A stretch of 64,000 bases of DNA from assembly GCA_951406725.2 (NCBI GenBank), contig OX597834.1:36766001-36830000 (forward strand), written 5' to 3'. The translations under genes were made by a program, and so were the position numbers. The stretch comes from Octopus vulgaris. Its lineage: Eukaryota. Below are positions 40,577 through 54,854 of the stretch, piece by piece (the stretch's first letter is position 1; each line of letters starts with the position of its first letter). The notes under the pieces were generated by a model. The model did no database searches, was not told where the DNA came from, and saw only the letters and a program-made list of their open reading frames with translations.

Positions 40577-40739
40577 ATACATATATACATACGTACATAC
40601 GTACATACATACGTACATACGTACATACGTACATACGTACATACGTACATACGTACGTACATACGTACGTACATACGTACGTACATACGTACATACATAC
40701 GTACATACGTACATACGTACATACATACGTACATACGTA

Positions 40740-40740
<1 letters not shown>
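40577..40740. repeat. (TACG/TACA)n microsatellite
   Basis: Directly visible alternating TACG and TACA units. Confidence 0.9.
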
Positions 40741-40785
<45 letters not shown>

Positions 40786-40789
40786 AATA

Positions 40790-40850
<61 letters not shown>

Positions 40851-40874
40851 TAAAATGTGAGAAGCCAGTTTATG

Positions 40875-40924
<50 letters not shown>

Positions 40925-40925
<1 letters not shown>

Positions 40926-41150
40926 TATAAAAATACAAAATGGGACAAGAACGCAAAACATTCAAATAGACGACACAAAAAACGGACGGGTCATTCGAAG
41001 CCTCTAATCTTCAGTCAAGAACCGGATCATCCTCGCAATTTCCGCTGATTAATCTTGAGATCGCTCCGATCCGGCCAGCTCCAAGGAAAAACTAAGCTAC
41101 GAGCATTAGATTTCTTGGACAAAAACAACGGGTGTCTTTCGACTTTAGAC
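40925..41150. repeat. Interspersed repeat D (possible Penelope-like remnant) between AT arrays
   Basis: Shares ~85 bp with 36095-36191. Minus strand contains a CTGAAGA...CGAA motif. Confidence 0.7.
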
Positions 41151-41157
41151 AGTTCAA

Positions 41158-41218
<61 letters not shown>

Positions 41219-41334
41219 CATACATAAATATGTGTATATATGTATGTCTGTATGTATATGTATGTATGTATTTATGTATGTATGTATGTATATTTGTATA
41301 CACACACACACATATATATATATGTATATATATA

Positions 41335-41510
41335 TTCTCTTTTACTCTTTTACTTGTTTCAGTCGTTTGACTGCGGCCATGCTGGACCACCGCCTTTATT
41401 AAAAAGATCGAGCCCAGTACTTATTCTTTGTAAGCCTAGTAATTAATTATTCTATCGGTCTCGTTTTGCTGAACGGCTAAGTTACGGGGACGTAAACAAA
41501 CCAACATCTG
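41335..41510 (-). mobile_element. SINE family A, 3' half
   Basis: CTCTTTTACTTGTTTCAGTC...CTGCGGCCATGCTGG...TAAGTTACGGGGACGTAAAC. Confidence 0.85.
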
Positions 41511-42035
41511 TTTGTATATATTGCAGATTGATTATTATACAAAGTATGTAGTATATAGATCATAATATCTATGTATCTCATGATATGCAGTGTATATAAT
41601 AAAGTCGCTACTGTGCTCTATACACTGTTATTATATATAGACTACTTATTATAAAGACTGTTTATAATGGAGAATGTTTGCTATATATATACATACATGC
41701 TTGACCGCTACATCTACAAGTTATGTTTTTCATTTTCTCTCTGTTTATTTTCCCTTATTTCTTTCTGTTGAAGAAATAACGCTCCCGAGATGCAACAAAA
41801 TTTATTTCAATACCCGAGTCCACATCAAGAATCTTGAAGATATTTTGCTTTATACATTGTTTACTCTACAGACTGTTCTATTTACTATAAAAACCGAATA
41901 CTGTATAAACTACTTGATATAATGACTGTCTCTTGTAGAGAATGTTTATTATAGAAACCTTTTATTATATAAACTGTTTATTATAGAGCATGCTTATTTT
42001 ATGGACTGTTTATTGTGTAGACTATTTTATTTACT

Positions 42036-42270
42036 GCTGTGGCTGTGTGGTAAGAAGTTTGTTTCCCAACCACATTGTGCCGGGTTCAAACCCACAGCGT
42101 GTTACTACAGCCTCGGTCCGACTAAAGCTGTGTGTGTGGATTTGCTAGAAGGATACTGAAAGAAGCCCGTTTTGTGAGTGTGCTTGCTTGTCCCCCACCG
42201 ATACTAAACAACCGGTGTTTGTTTATTTACGTCACCATAACTTGGCACCGATAAAATAAGTATCAAGTAA
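42036..42270 (+). mobile_element. SINE family A, diverged/deleted
   Basis: GTGGCTGTGTGGTAAGAAGTTTG...CCGGGTTCAAACCCAC...CTGAAAGAAGCCCG...ACCGATAAAATAAGTA. Confidence 0.75.
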
Positions 42271-42792
42271 AATAGAAAAAAAAGATTAAAAAACTCTTCT
42301 GCAAAGAATTCTCACTGAAGATTCTATGTGAAGTCTCTAGCAATTATTGCTGTTGCTGTTATTTTGTACATATATATTAATCAATGTGCCGTGGTTGTGA
42401 TTGCTTTTAAAGATAGTCCTGTGTGATTTCATGGAAATTTGGCTGCTATATCTAGCAGAGCGAGCAACCGCATCGGCTCGTACGCAATGTTTATTGTTTT
42501 TGACGAAGATAAACGGTCGTTGATGTGTGTATGTATATTTATATACGTATGCATCTATATGTACATGATGTATTTGAGTCTATATATGTACATACATAAG
42601 CACACACACATATACACACACACACACACATGTACATAATTGCTTATAGTATGTATACATACACACATGTATAATGTACGAGAGTAAAATGTCTAACGTA
42701 TACACATATATGCTTGTGTGTGTGTGTGTGTATAAATATGATATATACCATATATAAACATACATAAATACAATCCACCCCACCCCTATATA

Positions 42793-42832
<40 letters not shown>

Positions 42833-42894
42833 GAAAAAGAGAGTGAGAGAGAGAGAGATAGCGATATATACTTATATATATATATATATGTATG

Positions 42895-42962
<68 letters not shown>

Positions 42963-43135
42963 GTGAGTGGGGAGGGCGTGAAGTTCTCAGAGGTCACGGT
43001 AGGTGCACTTAACCAAAACTGATGAGAGTTTATATGTTTGTTTTTTTAAATATATTTTAATCTATAGAAATCTCGAGTCTTATCTGCGAGGCCATCTCTA
43101 GTGTCGTAGATACAAGTGAAGAAGAGGGAAAGACA

Positions 43136-43183
<48 letters not shown>

Positions 43184-43654
43184 GGGGGAGACAGAGTAAG
43201 AAAGCAAGCGAGAGAGAGAAAGAGAGAGAGAGAGAAGTGGTGGGATGTTAAGGCTTTCATGCTTCGCTAACCGAAAAGGTCGTACTTTGTTTTGTTAAGC
43301 TCTGGCTATTAAAGACAGTTATACGGAGTGACCCCGATGGTACCCTGTTATGTAGCCAACCGGGGTGGCTTTTAACTGTCTCAAGGGGTAGATTAGTGAC
43401 AAACTTGCCTATTGTGCTGACGAGGAGGTAACCCAGTATCATACGGCAAGGGCTAAAAGACACAAGGGCGATCGTTGATGTGAAGGTTAAGAACAGTGAC
43501 AAACATTGCGGTGGAGGTGGTGATGGTGTTGCTGTTGTTGTTGTTGTTGTTGTTGTTGTGGTGGTGGTGGTGGTCGACGTCTTTGCGTTTTTTACTGGGA
43601 TTCAATTTACATCTTATATGGATTCTTTTATTCGTTGGTTCTTTTATTCTTTTA

Positions 43655-43809
43655 TTCTCTTACTTTCTTCAGTGATTTTATTCCAGCCATGCTGGAGCAC
43701 CGCCTTGAAGGATTTTTGTCGAAGAAATCGCCCTCAGGGCTTATTTTTTAAGCCTTGTACTTACTTATTCTATCGGCCTCTTTTGCCGAACCGCTGACGG
43801 TGATGGGGA

Positions 43810-43880
<71 letters not shown>

Positions 43881-44052
43881 CGACGGGCTTCTTTCAGTTT
43901 CTGTCTTCCAGATCCACTCACAAGGCTTTGGTCGGCCAGAAGTTACAATAGAAGACAATTGCCCAAGGAGTCACGCAGTGGAACTGAACCCGGGACCATG
44001 TGGTTGGGTGGTTGGGAAGCAAAGTTCTTACCACACAGCCACGCCTGCGCCT
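43655..44052 (-). mobile_element. SINE family A, near-full
   Basis: GCCATGCTGGAGCACCGCC...CGACGGGCTTCTTTCAGTTTC...CCACACAGCCACGCCTGCGCC|TATA. Confidence 0.9.
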
Positions 44053-44081
44053 ATATTTGAAACCTACACTGTAGAAATGCT

Positions 44082-44817
44082 AGTTTCAAATTTTGGCACA
44101 AGGCCAGCAATTTCGAGGGTGAGTTTAAGTCGATTACATCGATCCTAGTGCTTAACTAGTACTCATTTCATCGGCCTCGAAAGGATGATTGGCAAAGTCG
44201 ACCTCGGCGGAATTTGAACTCAGAACGTGAAGACGGACGAAATGCCGCTAAGAATTTTGTCCGTCATGGTAACGGTTCTGCCAGACCACCGCCTTTGCCT
44301 TGTAAAATTATTGCTGGGGGGAGCAAGTAAGTCGATTACATCGACCATAGTGCCCACCCGATACTTATTTTATCGATCCGGAGAGAATGAAAGATGGGGT
44401 TGACCTCAGCAGAATTTGAACCGAGAACGTAAAGACAAATGAAATAACGCTAAGCATTTCACCCGGCGTGCTAATGTTTCTGCCAGCTCGCCGATTTATG
44501 CACTATAGAGGGGGCCAGTCGATTAGATCGACCCCAGTACGCAACTGTAACTTAATTCATCGACCCCGAAAGGATGAAAGGTAAAGTCTACCTCGGCGGA
44601 ATTTGAAATTAGAACATAAAGACAGACAAAATTCCTATTTCTTTATTGCCCACAAGGGGCTACACACAAAGAAAACGGATTAAGTCGATTATATCGACCC
44701 CGAAAGGATGAAATGCAAAGTCGACCTCAGCGGAATTTGAACTCAGAACGTAGCAGCAGACGAAATACTGCTTAGCATTTCACCCGGCGTGCTATCGTTT
44801 CTGCCAGCTCGCCGTCT
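44082..44817 (-). mobile_element. Cluster of SINE family B copies (two monomers + one dimeric form)
   Basis: A GACCTC(G/A)GC(G/A)GAATTTGAA-like block occurs four times in the same orientation; linker GGGGCTACACACAAAG at ~44657. Confidence 0.85.
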
Positions 44818-45302
44818 TGCACTATAGAAATATCAAGTCGACCTCTGTACTTGACTGGTTCTTGATTTTATTCGACTCCAGGAGGATGGAAGACCGAGTG
44901 TGATTTATTTAGCTTCAGTTCGCCAAGTCGACAGCGACTCAATGATTCAAAAGTGGAGTCAGTTGATCTTTCATGGGGAGCGGTCTGTATCTGAGAACGC
45001 TTTTATGGGGGTAGCAATTATGGGTCTGCTGTATAAGTATGCATAGAGAAGGATGGGGAATAGAGAGCGGCACATTTAACGACTGCCTTAGGCAGCACGC
45101 ATTCTATCTACGGTACTGGCTGCATTGTGTTCACGACTCACATATTTTACTGACCTTGATCAAGACACCAAACTATAAATATATAGAACTTACAAGGTCT
45201 AAGCTCATCCTAGTAAACAGAAGGAGCACTATGTCATTGAAGAGTTCTTCGTTTCATTTTCATTCATAGTGCAGCGATCAAGATGCTACACACACTCACA
45301 CA

Positions 45303-45420
<118 letters not shown>

Positions 45421-45760
45421 GTATATAATCAAAATAAGCAACAAGGATATCCAAAGACAGTGCAGTACAATCGTTTCATGCTACTTCATTTAATTAAACA
45501 ATGTAAGCATTACATCAGTTTTAAAATGTAGAGCAATCTTCAGCCACATATGGAATTTTTAAATTAAATTGACAATTTTCATTTTTATACTTATTCCATT
45601 TTCTTAACATTACAAAGAGGATCAGTATATAGACAGAGAGGTGAATCTCATCAGTAGAAACATGGTAGTAAATGGTCTTTACTCATAGGTAGATTTCTTA
45701 TCATTGAATTTACTTTGTTATTTAGATTTACTATTGGGGAGGGTTTTTTATTCTATTAAG

Positions 45761-45801
<41 letters not shown>

Positions 45802-46366
45802 TTGGCCCGAAGCTATAGCAGAAGATATTTGCTCAGGATTCCATGCGGTGGGACTGAACCTGGAAAAATGTAATAATGAAGCAAACTTCTTATCAAACAG
45901 CCACGTCTGCGCCCATGAAAAAAAAAAAAAATGTGAAAATATTTTCTGAATTGTTTAAGTAAAACCTCTAAGGGTCATATGGAACTCAGTAGAGAACAGT
46001 TGCTTACACGCAAGGGACAACTATGGACATATGTTTTGGTACTTTGAACTCGTCAGAAAGACATATTCAAATCGAGATTGCAGACCAGCAAATGGATTTC
46101 TAATCAGATAAAAAAAAATATTACGTATATTTTTCTCTGTTAAGGGTAATTTGCATAATAAACATGAAGCTATTATGGGAAACACATAGATGTATGCATG
46201 TACAAATATGAATAATGTGCGAATGTATGTAAACCTATCAAAAACGAAATATGAAGCCATTCGACGTAAATGCAGCTATCTGTTGTCTTGTACGATGTGA
46301 TGGGAGATGAAAAGAATAACAAAAATACATATGTGTACTCACGTGTTTGTTGTGCGTATGAGCATG

Positions 46367-46405
<39 letters not shown>

Positions 46406-46505
46406 ATGTGTGTGTGTGTGTGTGTGTGTGTGTTTTGGAGTAGCTGGAAATATATTAATATATTTTAACGTACTCTCCTGAGTATTGTTGTTCTGTATTT
46501 CCATC

Positions 46506-46548
<43 letters not shown>

Positions 46549-46589
46549 TTCATTACGCTCTCTCTGCCCCTGTGAGTATGTGTATATAC

Positions 46590-46656
<67 letters not shown>

Positions 46657-47211
46657 GATACACATATGAATGGAATTTGGTATGCATAAACTGTGCATAA
46701 ACACGTCTTATAAATACATATGTATGGATGTATGTATGTATCTCTCTTCCCTCTCTTTCTCTCTATATATATCTTTCTTTCTATCCATCTCTATATCATA
46801 TGCGCTTGAACGTTAGCGTATGTGTGCGCGCGCGCGAGCTCACGTGTTTCTATCATGATTGTATTTACTCGAGTATAATGCCATCTCAACTGTAAGAATC
46901 CTACCTTTTGCATCTTACATTCAAGAATATATTTTATTGCTTTTTTCCTCTTTTATTTCATACTCGTGAATAACGCTACCCACAAAATTTGGTACTGGTA
47001 TTTTGCGGGGGAATTTTTCGCATTATAAACAAGGTAAAAGAATAAAAGGATACAGACAGACAGATAGACACATATTTAAAAGTCTACTGTTATCAACTTA
47101 GTGGGCGCCAAACGAAATCAGGGTGGTGTTTCATCCTCTGTTTAAAGTTATCACCCGGTTTTGTTATTCGAAAGTGAGCTCAATAAGAGGCTTCCATTGT
47201 GTGTATGTGCT

Positions 47212-47260
<49 letters not shown>

Positions 47261-47386
47261 GTATGTATGTACACACACACACACACATATATATACACAT
47301 ATATATGTCTATATATATATTTATATATGTATCTCCTCTCTCTCTATCTACCTATCTATCTATCGATCGATCTATCTCTCTATCTC

Positions 47387-47456
<70 letters not shown>

Positions 47457-48319
47457 TGCGTGTGTCTGTGCGTGTGTGTCAGATATAGCTAGGTCGTATG
47501 TCATGTAAAACGACGATGTAATACCGAGGTAGCGTTATTGTTATCTTGTTACCCCCCTAAGTATTAGGGGTCATATGCCCTTATAAATTATAATCATCCC
47601 TCATTATCATCATCACGTTACAAAACATCATCGTCGTCGTCGTCGTCATCATCATCATCGTTGTCAAATTCATCTAATCATCATCATCATAATCGTCATC
47701 ATCATCATCATCATCATCACCACCAGCACCACCAGCACCACCATCATCCTCATCATCATCACCATCATCTGTAGTAGCAGTAGTAGTCACAATAGTGGAG
47801 GTGGTAGTGGTAATAGTAGTAGTAATAGTAGTGGTGGAGGTGGTCGTAGTAGTAGTAGTAGTTGTTATTTTTGTAGTTGTTGCTGTTGTTGTTGACGTCG
47901 TTATTTTTGTTGTTCTCTTGCAAAATCGTTCAATGTAGTTCTTCCCGGGGGTATTCAATTTACGAAAAGCAAACAAAGTTTGTTAGGATTTGGGTAAGCA
48001 ATCCCTAAAGGATCATCCATCCATTTTTTTTTCTTTTTTTACGATGAGCGAGAAGTGAGCAAGAATTAAGAAAAGAAACATATATATATGGGCAAAAAAT
48101 AGGCAAAAAATAGGCAAAAAATAAGCATCTATCTCTTGTTCCTTATACCAGATGTTAGAATTACTATGATGTCGAAGAGAAACGGCAATGCCAATATCGA
48201 AATTGGAGAGGAAACATTCTACTAAATAAATAAACAAATAAATAATTGAAAAATAGAAATAAAAATTTAAAAAATGAAATAATGATAAAAAGATAACAAA
48301 GAGAACGTGTCAAGCGATG

Positions 48320-48470
48320 CTGTGCGGCTGGGGGTTTGCTTGTCAACCACATGGCTCCGGGTTCAGACCCACTGCGTGGCAACTTTGGTAGATGCCTTAT
48401 GTTGTAACCTGTGGGCCGACCAAAGCCTTGATAGTCGATTTGGTAGACAGAAATTGAAAGAAGCTCATCG
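48320..48470 (+). mobile_element. SINE family A, 5' half
   Basis: CAACCACATGGCTCCGGGTTCAGACCCACTGCGTGGC...GGCCGACCAAAGCCTTG...TTGAAAGAAGCTCATCG. Confidence 0.8.
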
Positions 48471-48475
48471 TATAC

Positions 48476-48506
<31 letters not shown>

Positions 48507-48548
48507 TGTATGTATGTATGTATGTATGTATGTATGTATGTACGTACG

Positions 48549-48587
<39 letters not shown>

Positions 48588-48698
48588 TTATATGTCTATA
48601 TATATATATTTATATATGTATCTTTCTCTCTCTCTCTACCTATCTATCGATCTATCTATCTGTCTATCTGTCTATCTATCTATCTATTTATCATTATT

Positions 48699-48736
<38 letters not shown>

Positions 48737-48743
48737 TATTATG

Positions 48744-48778
<35 letters not shown>

Positions 48779-49015
48779 CCAGTTAGAAAACAGACGTCTA
48801 ATGGATACAAATTGATTTATTAATTATTTAACATCGTCACCTACAATTGTTTCATTTCACAAACAAAATTAAAATTACAAAACATACCTAAAAAGATATA
48901 ATTTTGCATTTTAAAATACCCTGTATGGAAAATCATTAGGGCGTACAAAGGACAATACAAGGTTACATTATGATCCATGTGGAATACGCATTATACATAG
49001 TCATGTTTATGTATG

Positions 49016-49066
<51 letters not shown>

Positions 49067-49092
49067 ATATATACATATATATGTATATATTT

Positions 49093-49255
49093 AGGTGTAT
49101 GCGTGGCTATGTGGTAAGAAGCTTGCTTCTCAACCATATGGTTCCAGGTTCAGTTCCACTGCTTGGAACCTTGGTCAATTGTCGTCTACCATTGCCTCAA
49201 GCCAACGAAAGCCATGTGAGTGGATTTGGTTAACGGAAACTGAAAGACCATCGTG

Positions 49256-49306
<51 letters not shown>

Positions 49307-49525
49307 ATGTATATATTGGTACGTTTGTTTCCCCCGCTACTTAACAGCCGGGGTTGGCTTGTTTATGTCCCCGCAATTTAGCGGTTGGACCAAAAAAAGG
49401 AAAAGAACATAGAATAAGTATCTGGCATAAAGATAAGCACAGAGATTGATTTGTTCGACTAAGGTCGTCAAGGCGGTGCCCCAGCATGGCCGCAGTCAAA
49501 TGACTGAAGCAGAGATAAGATGAAA
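49093..49525 (+). mobile_element. SINE family A, near-full
   Basis: GTGGCTATGTGGTAAGAAGCTTGC...GGTTCAGTTCC...AAGGCGGTGCCCCAGCATGGCCGCAGTCAAATGACTGAAG. Confidence 0.85.
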
Positions 49526-49844
49526 GACACACAGACACACAGACACACACACATGTATATTTGTATGTGTGTGTGTTTCTGTGTAATCTATCTTTCTGCT
49601 TATCTATTTCTATTTCTCTCTCTCTCTCTCTTTCTCTTTGTTTCTCTCGCTTTCTGCATAATCTTTTATTCTGTGATACGCTTCAGCCAAAAGGCCGTGA
49701 CCATGCTGCAGCATCTCTTGCGTCCTCACCATTTCAATTGCCATTCTTTTGGCAAAGGAGCGAGTTTGATATTGCTGCCCGCTTCAAGTATACGTAATAT
49801 ACATAATATAATCTTCAAAGACACACGACACACACACACACACA

Positions 49845-49881
<37 letters not shown>

Positions 49882-49999
49882 ACACACACACACACACGCG
49901 CGCGCACGCACGCACGCACGCACTCACACACACGTATATATGTGTGTGTGTGTAAATATGTGTGTGTACATATATATATATATACACACAAACATACAC

Positions 50000-50036
<37 letters not shown>

Positions 50037-50064
50037 GACATATATCTATACATATATATCTGTT

Positions 50065-50114
<50 letters not shown>

Positions 50115-50661
50115 CTTATATATGTTTAAACACATACATACACACACAAACTTACACACACATGTATAATAAATACAAATACAGAATAAAAAGGCAGATG
50201 ACTTGAACACGTTTGTTGTGGTAATTACATCAGGGACCTCACACACACGCACACACACACACACACATACACACACACACACACACACTAATTCAGTTAG
50301 ACACGTACAAGTATTCCATTTCATACACATTATCACACACACACACATGGGGTTACTGTGAGGTGCGGCCCCTGTGCAGGGAATCTCCTCCTACAGATGG
50401 TGTAACTATTGGGGTCTGATACTGGCTAAACGTTTAGAATGTATGTATGTATATATAGATATGTACGTATGCATGTATGTATGTGTGTATGCATGTATGT
50501 ATGTATCCATGTATGTATGTATGTATGTATGTATCTATGATTATATGCATATATTTATGTATATATGGATGTGTGTATGTATGTATCTATGTATGTGTGT
50601 GTTTGTATACAAGCATATATGTATGTGTATACGTATGTTTACGTATAAATACATATATGTA

Positions 50662-50700
<39 letters not shown>

Positions 50701-51584
50701 TTATACCTGTGCGTATTTGAATATGTATATACGTATATAGATATATACATATGTGCATATACACGTGTAAGTGCATATATATATATATGTGCGTATGTAT
50801 CTGTTCATTTATCTATTTATTTATCTACTTACCTACCTACCTACCTGTCTGTCTGTCTATCTATATGTCTATATGTATATGTATATATTTATGCATGTAT
50901 ACATATATGTATATGCGTATATTCATATGTACGTCCGAAATGTATGCATGTGTGTGTGTGTGTGTGTGTGTATGCTGGTGTGTGCATGTGAATGCTTGTG
51001 TACATGAGGGAGACGGAGAGGGTTAGAACAAAGACTGCAGATCAACGGTGAGACAACGGCACCAAAACAAACACAACCACCGCCACCACCACCACCACCA
51101 CCACCACCACCACCAAGAACAACAACAACAACAATAACAACAACAACAGCAAAACAGCGAAAACAACAACTTCAACATCAGAGATAAGAATTGTAACACG
51201 AATAACAGTAACCTTAACAGCAGAGCAAAAAAAAACAAACACTGTAAAGCAATTGGTTGGCAGCAGCAACAGCTGCAAGACCAGCAGCAAGTGCAGCAAC
51301 AGCAACAACAGCAGCAGTCGCAACTATTTCTCAAATCACTGCACTGAGCATCGTTGCATTTGATCAGACTCTATTATGCAATGGTGCACCGCGGGCACTC
51401 ACTGCACACTGCAGTTTGTTGCATTTGCTCATAACGCGTTATATAACATAACACTATTTTGTATTTAACTAGAGGCTGTCATACTATCTTGCAGCCGACC
51501 GTACCATACTGTACTACAATGCACTTTACCTGTTGCATAACATAGCACTGCACCTTCAGGTACTGCACAATAAATCACTTCACC

Positions 51585-51683
<99 letters not shown>

Positions 51684-53041
51684 AGTCTGTCTGTCTGTCT
51701 CTGTCTGTCAGTCTGCCTGTCTGTTATTTTCTGTCTGTCTGTATGCCTTTCTGTGTCTATGCATATATGCATGCATGCATGTATGTATGCATACATGCAT
51801 AGACACAGAAAGACATACAGACAGACAGACAGGCAGACAGACTGATAGACAGACTGACAGACTGACAGACAAATAGATAGATAGGTATACGTATGTAACT
51901 GTATGTCTGTCCGTCTGCCTACCTCTCCCTTTCACTCTTTCTGTCAACACACACACTCCCACACACATGCATACACACACTCACTCACACACATACGTAC
52001 ACACAATCACTTATATATATATATATATATATATCCATCTTTTTCGTATCTCATCCTAATTTTTTCCGACATTACGACTGCTTCTTCCTGATTATTATAA
52101 TTCAATCAATATTTTAGTCAATTAGACAATTGATTAAGTAATAAACTAATTAATCACCATATTCCGTAGAATATAACTGACATAAGAAACGCTTAGACAG
52201 GTTAAATGGTAAGAATAACTGGAAACTCTAAACGTGACACCAACGCCCTCACCCTCATGACCATTCCACCACCACCACCACCACCACCACCACCACCACC
52301 ACCACCACCACCACCACCACCACCACCACCTATGCCACCGCCATCACCACCATCATAATCGTCGTCGTATTCATCATCATCATTGTCATCATCATTATCA
52401 TCATCATCATCATCATCATCATCACTGTTGTCGTCGTCATCATCATCATCATCATCATCATCATCCCCGCCATCACCGTCATTATCATCATCATCGTCGT
52501 CGACGTCGTCCTCACTCTCCTTCTTTTCCTCCTCCCCTTCTTCCTCATTATCTTTATCATCGCCATCATCATCATAGTAGTCTTCATCGTCACCATCATC
52601 AGAACCACCACCACCACCACTAACACCACTACCACCACCATCACTATAACCACCACCAACACCATCATCAACATCATCAACAACGACAACATCAACAACA
52701 AAATTGTAATGACTCAATCGGTCGTTACGTATTAGTCACTAAATTTCATTTCTCGCTCTTCTTATCAACCATTGTCTACAGGTAGACAAGTAGGTACTTC
52801 ATAGACGTAATTAAACAGATACATATGTACCGGCTGCTACGGAAGTCATGAATATGTGTGATATTGCACGAAATGTGTGCCTGCGAGAATATGACAAACG
52901 AGATATCTTTTTCTGGGTTTTTTTTTTTACCAATTCTTTAACTTAAACCACAAACTTCCAGGTAACTTAGCTTTCGTTCATTACCCAACGACCACTCAAG
53001 CAATCGATTAGATAATTGATTGGTTACATGTTAACGAATTG

Positions 53042-53093
<52 letters not shown>

Positions 53094-53101
53094 GCAACAA
53101 C

Positions 53102-53240
53102 ATCACCATGTCGCGTACATATGGTTGTGATGCATGTGCCTGGTGTACCCTTATCAGACGGGTAGTCATGATGGGTATATTGGGCTTCGTATATTTTACC
53201 CCAGTGTCACTTTGATGGCATGAACTGCTCTCTCACTCAA
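53102..53240 (+). mobile_element. 139-bp retroelement 3'-end fragment with (AAT)n tail, copy 1
   Basis: Near-identical to 53624-53762 and followed by (AAT)n, as expected for a 5'-truncated LINE end. Confidence 0.65.
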
Positions 53241-53263
53241 TTATAATAATAATAATAATAATG

Positions 53264-53336
<73 letters not shown>

Positions 53337-53364
53337 TAATAATGATGATAATAATAATAATAAT

Positions 53365-53505
53365 TTTGTCTCTATATCTTCTGGAGATGTTACCTCAATC
53401 CTTTATATATTAACCAAAATGTAGTAGATTGACAAATTTATATTTTGAATCAGCTGAAGACACACGAGATGTCGAAATATCGTTCACTAGAAAACAATGG
53501 CACTA
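53365..53505. repeat. Interspersed repeat, reverse-orientation homologue of 19055-19195
   Basis: GTTACCTCAATCCTTTATATATTAACCAAAATG...AGTAGATTGACAAA...GAAGACACACGAGAT...GAAATATCGTTCACTAGA...ACAATGGCACT. Confidence 0.8.
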
Positions 53506-53541
53506 GAAAACAATGATTTAATAATGATGATGATGATGATG

Positions 53542-53604
<63 letters not shown>

Positions 53605-53623
53605 CTGTTTATCTTGATATGAG

Positions 53624-53760
53624 ATCACCATGTCGCGCACATATGGTTGTGATGCATGTGCCTGGTGTACCCTTATCAGACGGGTAGTCATGATGGGTAT
53701 ATTGGGCTTCGTATATTTTACCCCAGTGTCACTTTGATGGCATGCACTGCATTCTCACTC

Positions 53761-53762
<2 letters not shown>
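53624..53762 (+). mobile_element. 139-bp retroelement 3'-end fragment with (AAT)n tail, copy 2
   Basis: ATCACCATGTCGCG...CCCTTATCAGACGGGTAGTCATGATGGG...TCTCACTCAA followed by (TAA)n. Confidence 0.65.
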
Positions 53763-53810
<48 letters not shown>

Positions 53811-53812
53811 TC

Positions 53813-53953
53813 CGTTCTACTATAGGTACAAGGTCTGAAATTTGGTGAGAGGGGGCCAGTCGATTAGATCGTCTCCAGTACGAAACTGGTACTTAATTTA
53901 TCGACCCCGATCGGATGAAAAACAAAGTCGACATCGGTGGAATTTGAACTCAA
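53813..53953 (-). mobile_element. SINE family B, partial
   Basis: TTCTACTATAGGTACAAGG...GGCCAGTCGATTAGATCG...GGAATTTGAACTC. Confidence 0.8.
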
Positions 53954-54307
53954 ATTTACACCGTCCTTAGGTTCTGAGTTCGAATTGCGCAGAGGTCGAT
54001 AAAATAGCACACCGGGCAAAATGCTTGTTATTTGAACGAACTATGTTATGTTGTATAATTGTTGGTTTTCAAGGATTTGATTACATGCACTGAGTAATGG
54101 ATTCGTGACTGGTTGTAGAGTTAAACTAATATTTATTATCGATAGCAACTCTTTACGTTTGTTTTTTTAGAGCTTGAAAATACTCTGTCGATATACGTTT
54201 GAATTACTCAACAACCATTAGTAAGAGATACACATACATATAAAGATATCTCCACGAACACACATGTACCGGCATAAATTTGTGTGCGTGGCTAGATATA
54301 CTCATGC

Positions 54308-54343
<36 letters not shown>

Positions 54344-54362
54344 TGTATGTATGTATGTATGT

Positions 54363-54394
<32 letters not shown>

Positions 54395-54565
54395 ACACAC
54401 ACATACACTTATCTTTCGCTGGATGAAGTACTTTTTTTGTTGAACTTAGTTTAACATGACAGTAAACGATACATACATACATACATATATATATCATTAT
54501 ATGTGTATGTGTGTGTGTGTCTATATATATATATATATATGGAATTATATGCATGTATAAATATA

Positions 54566-54854
54566 TGTATTTCGTCTGCTGTTACGTTCTGAGTTCAAAT
54601 TCCGCCGAGGTCGATTTTGCCTTTCATCCCTTCGGGGTCGATAAATTAAGTACCAGTTACACACTTGGGTCGATGTAATCGAGTTAATTATTTTGTTTGT
54701 CCTTGTTTGTTGTCTCCTCTGTGTTTAACCCCTTGTGGGTATTAAAGAACTAGGTATTTCGTCTGCTGCTACGTTCTGAGTTCAAATTCCGCCAAGGTCG
54801 ACTTTGCCTTTCATCGTTCCCCCAAAATGTTCAAGGCCTTGTGCTTAGAGTAGA

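Noticed and set aside
49687-49797. Possible MyoD exon 2 (cttcag|PKGRDHAAASLASSPFQLPFFWQRSEFDIAARFKYT*)
   Set aside because: It has an acceptor-like AG in phase 0, but no resemblance to MRF C-terminal motifs and no convincing donor; unsupported without cDNA.
51041-51363. Low-complexity T/N/S/Q-rich open stretch resembling the MyoD N-terminus
   Set aside because: The phase-0 frame after the CAG hits a stop early, there is no polypyrimidine tract, and no conserved motif.
53454-53485. CTGAAGA...GAAA hammerhead candidate
   Set aside because: Stem II only forms by consuming core nucleotides and stem I does not pair.
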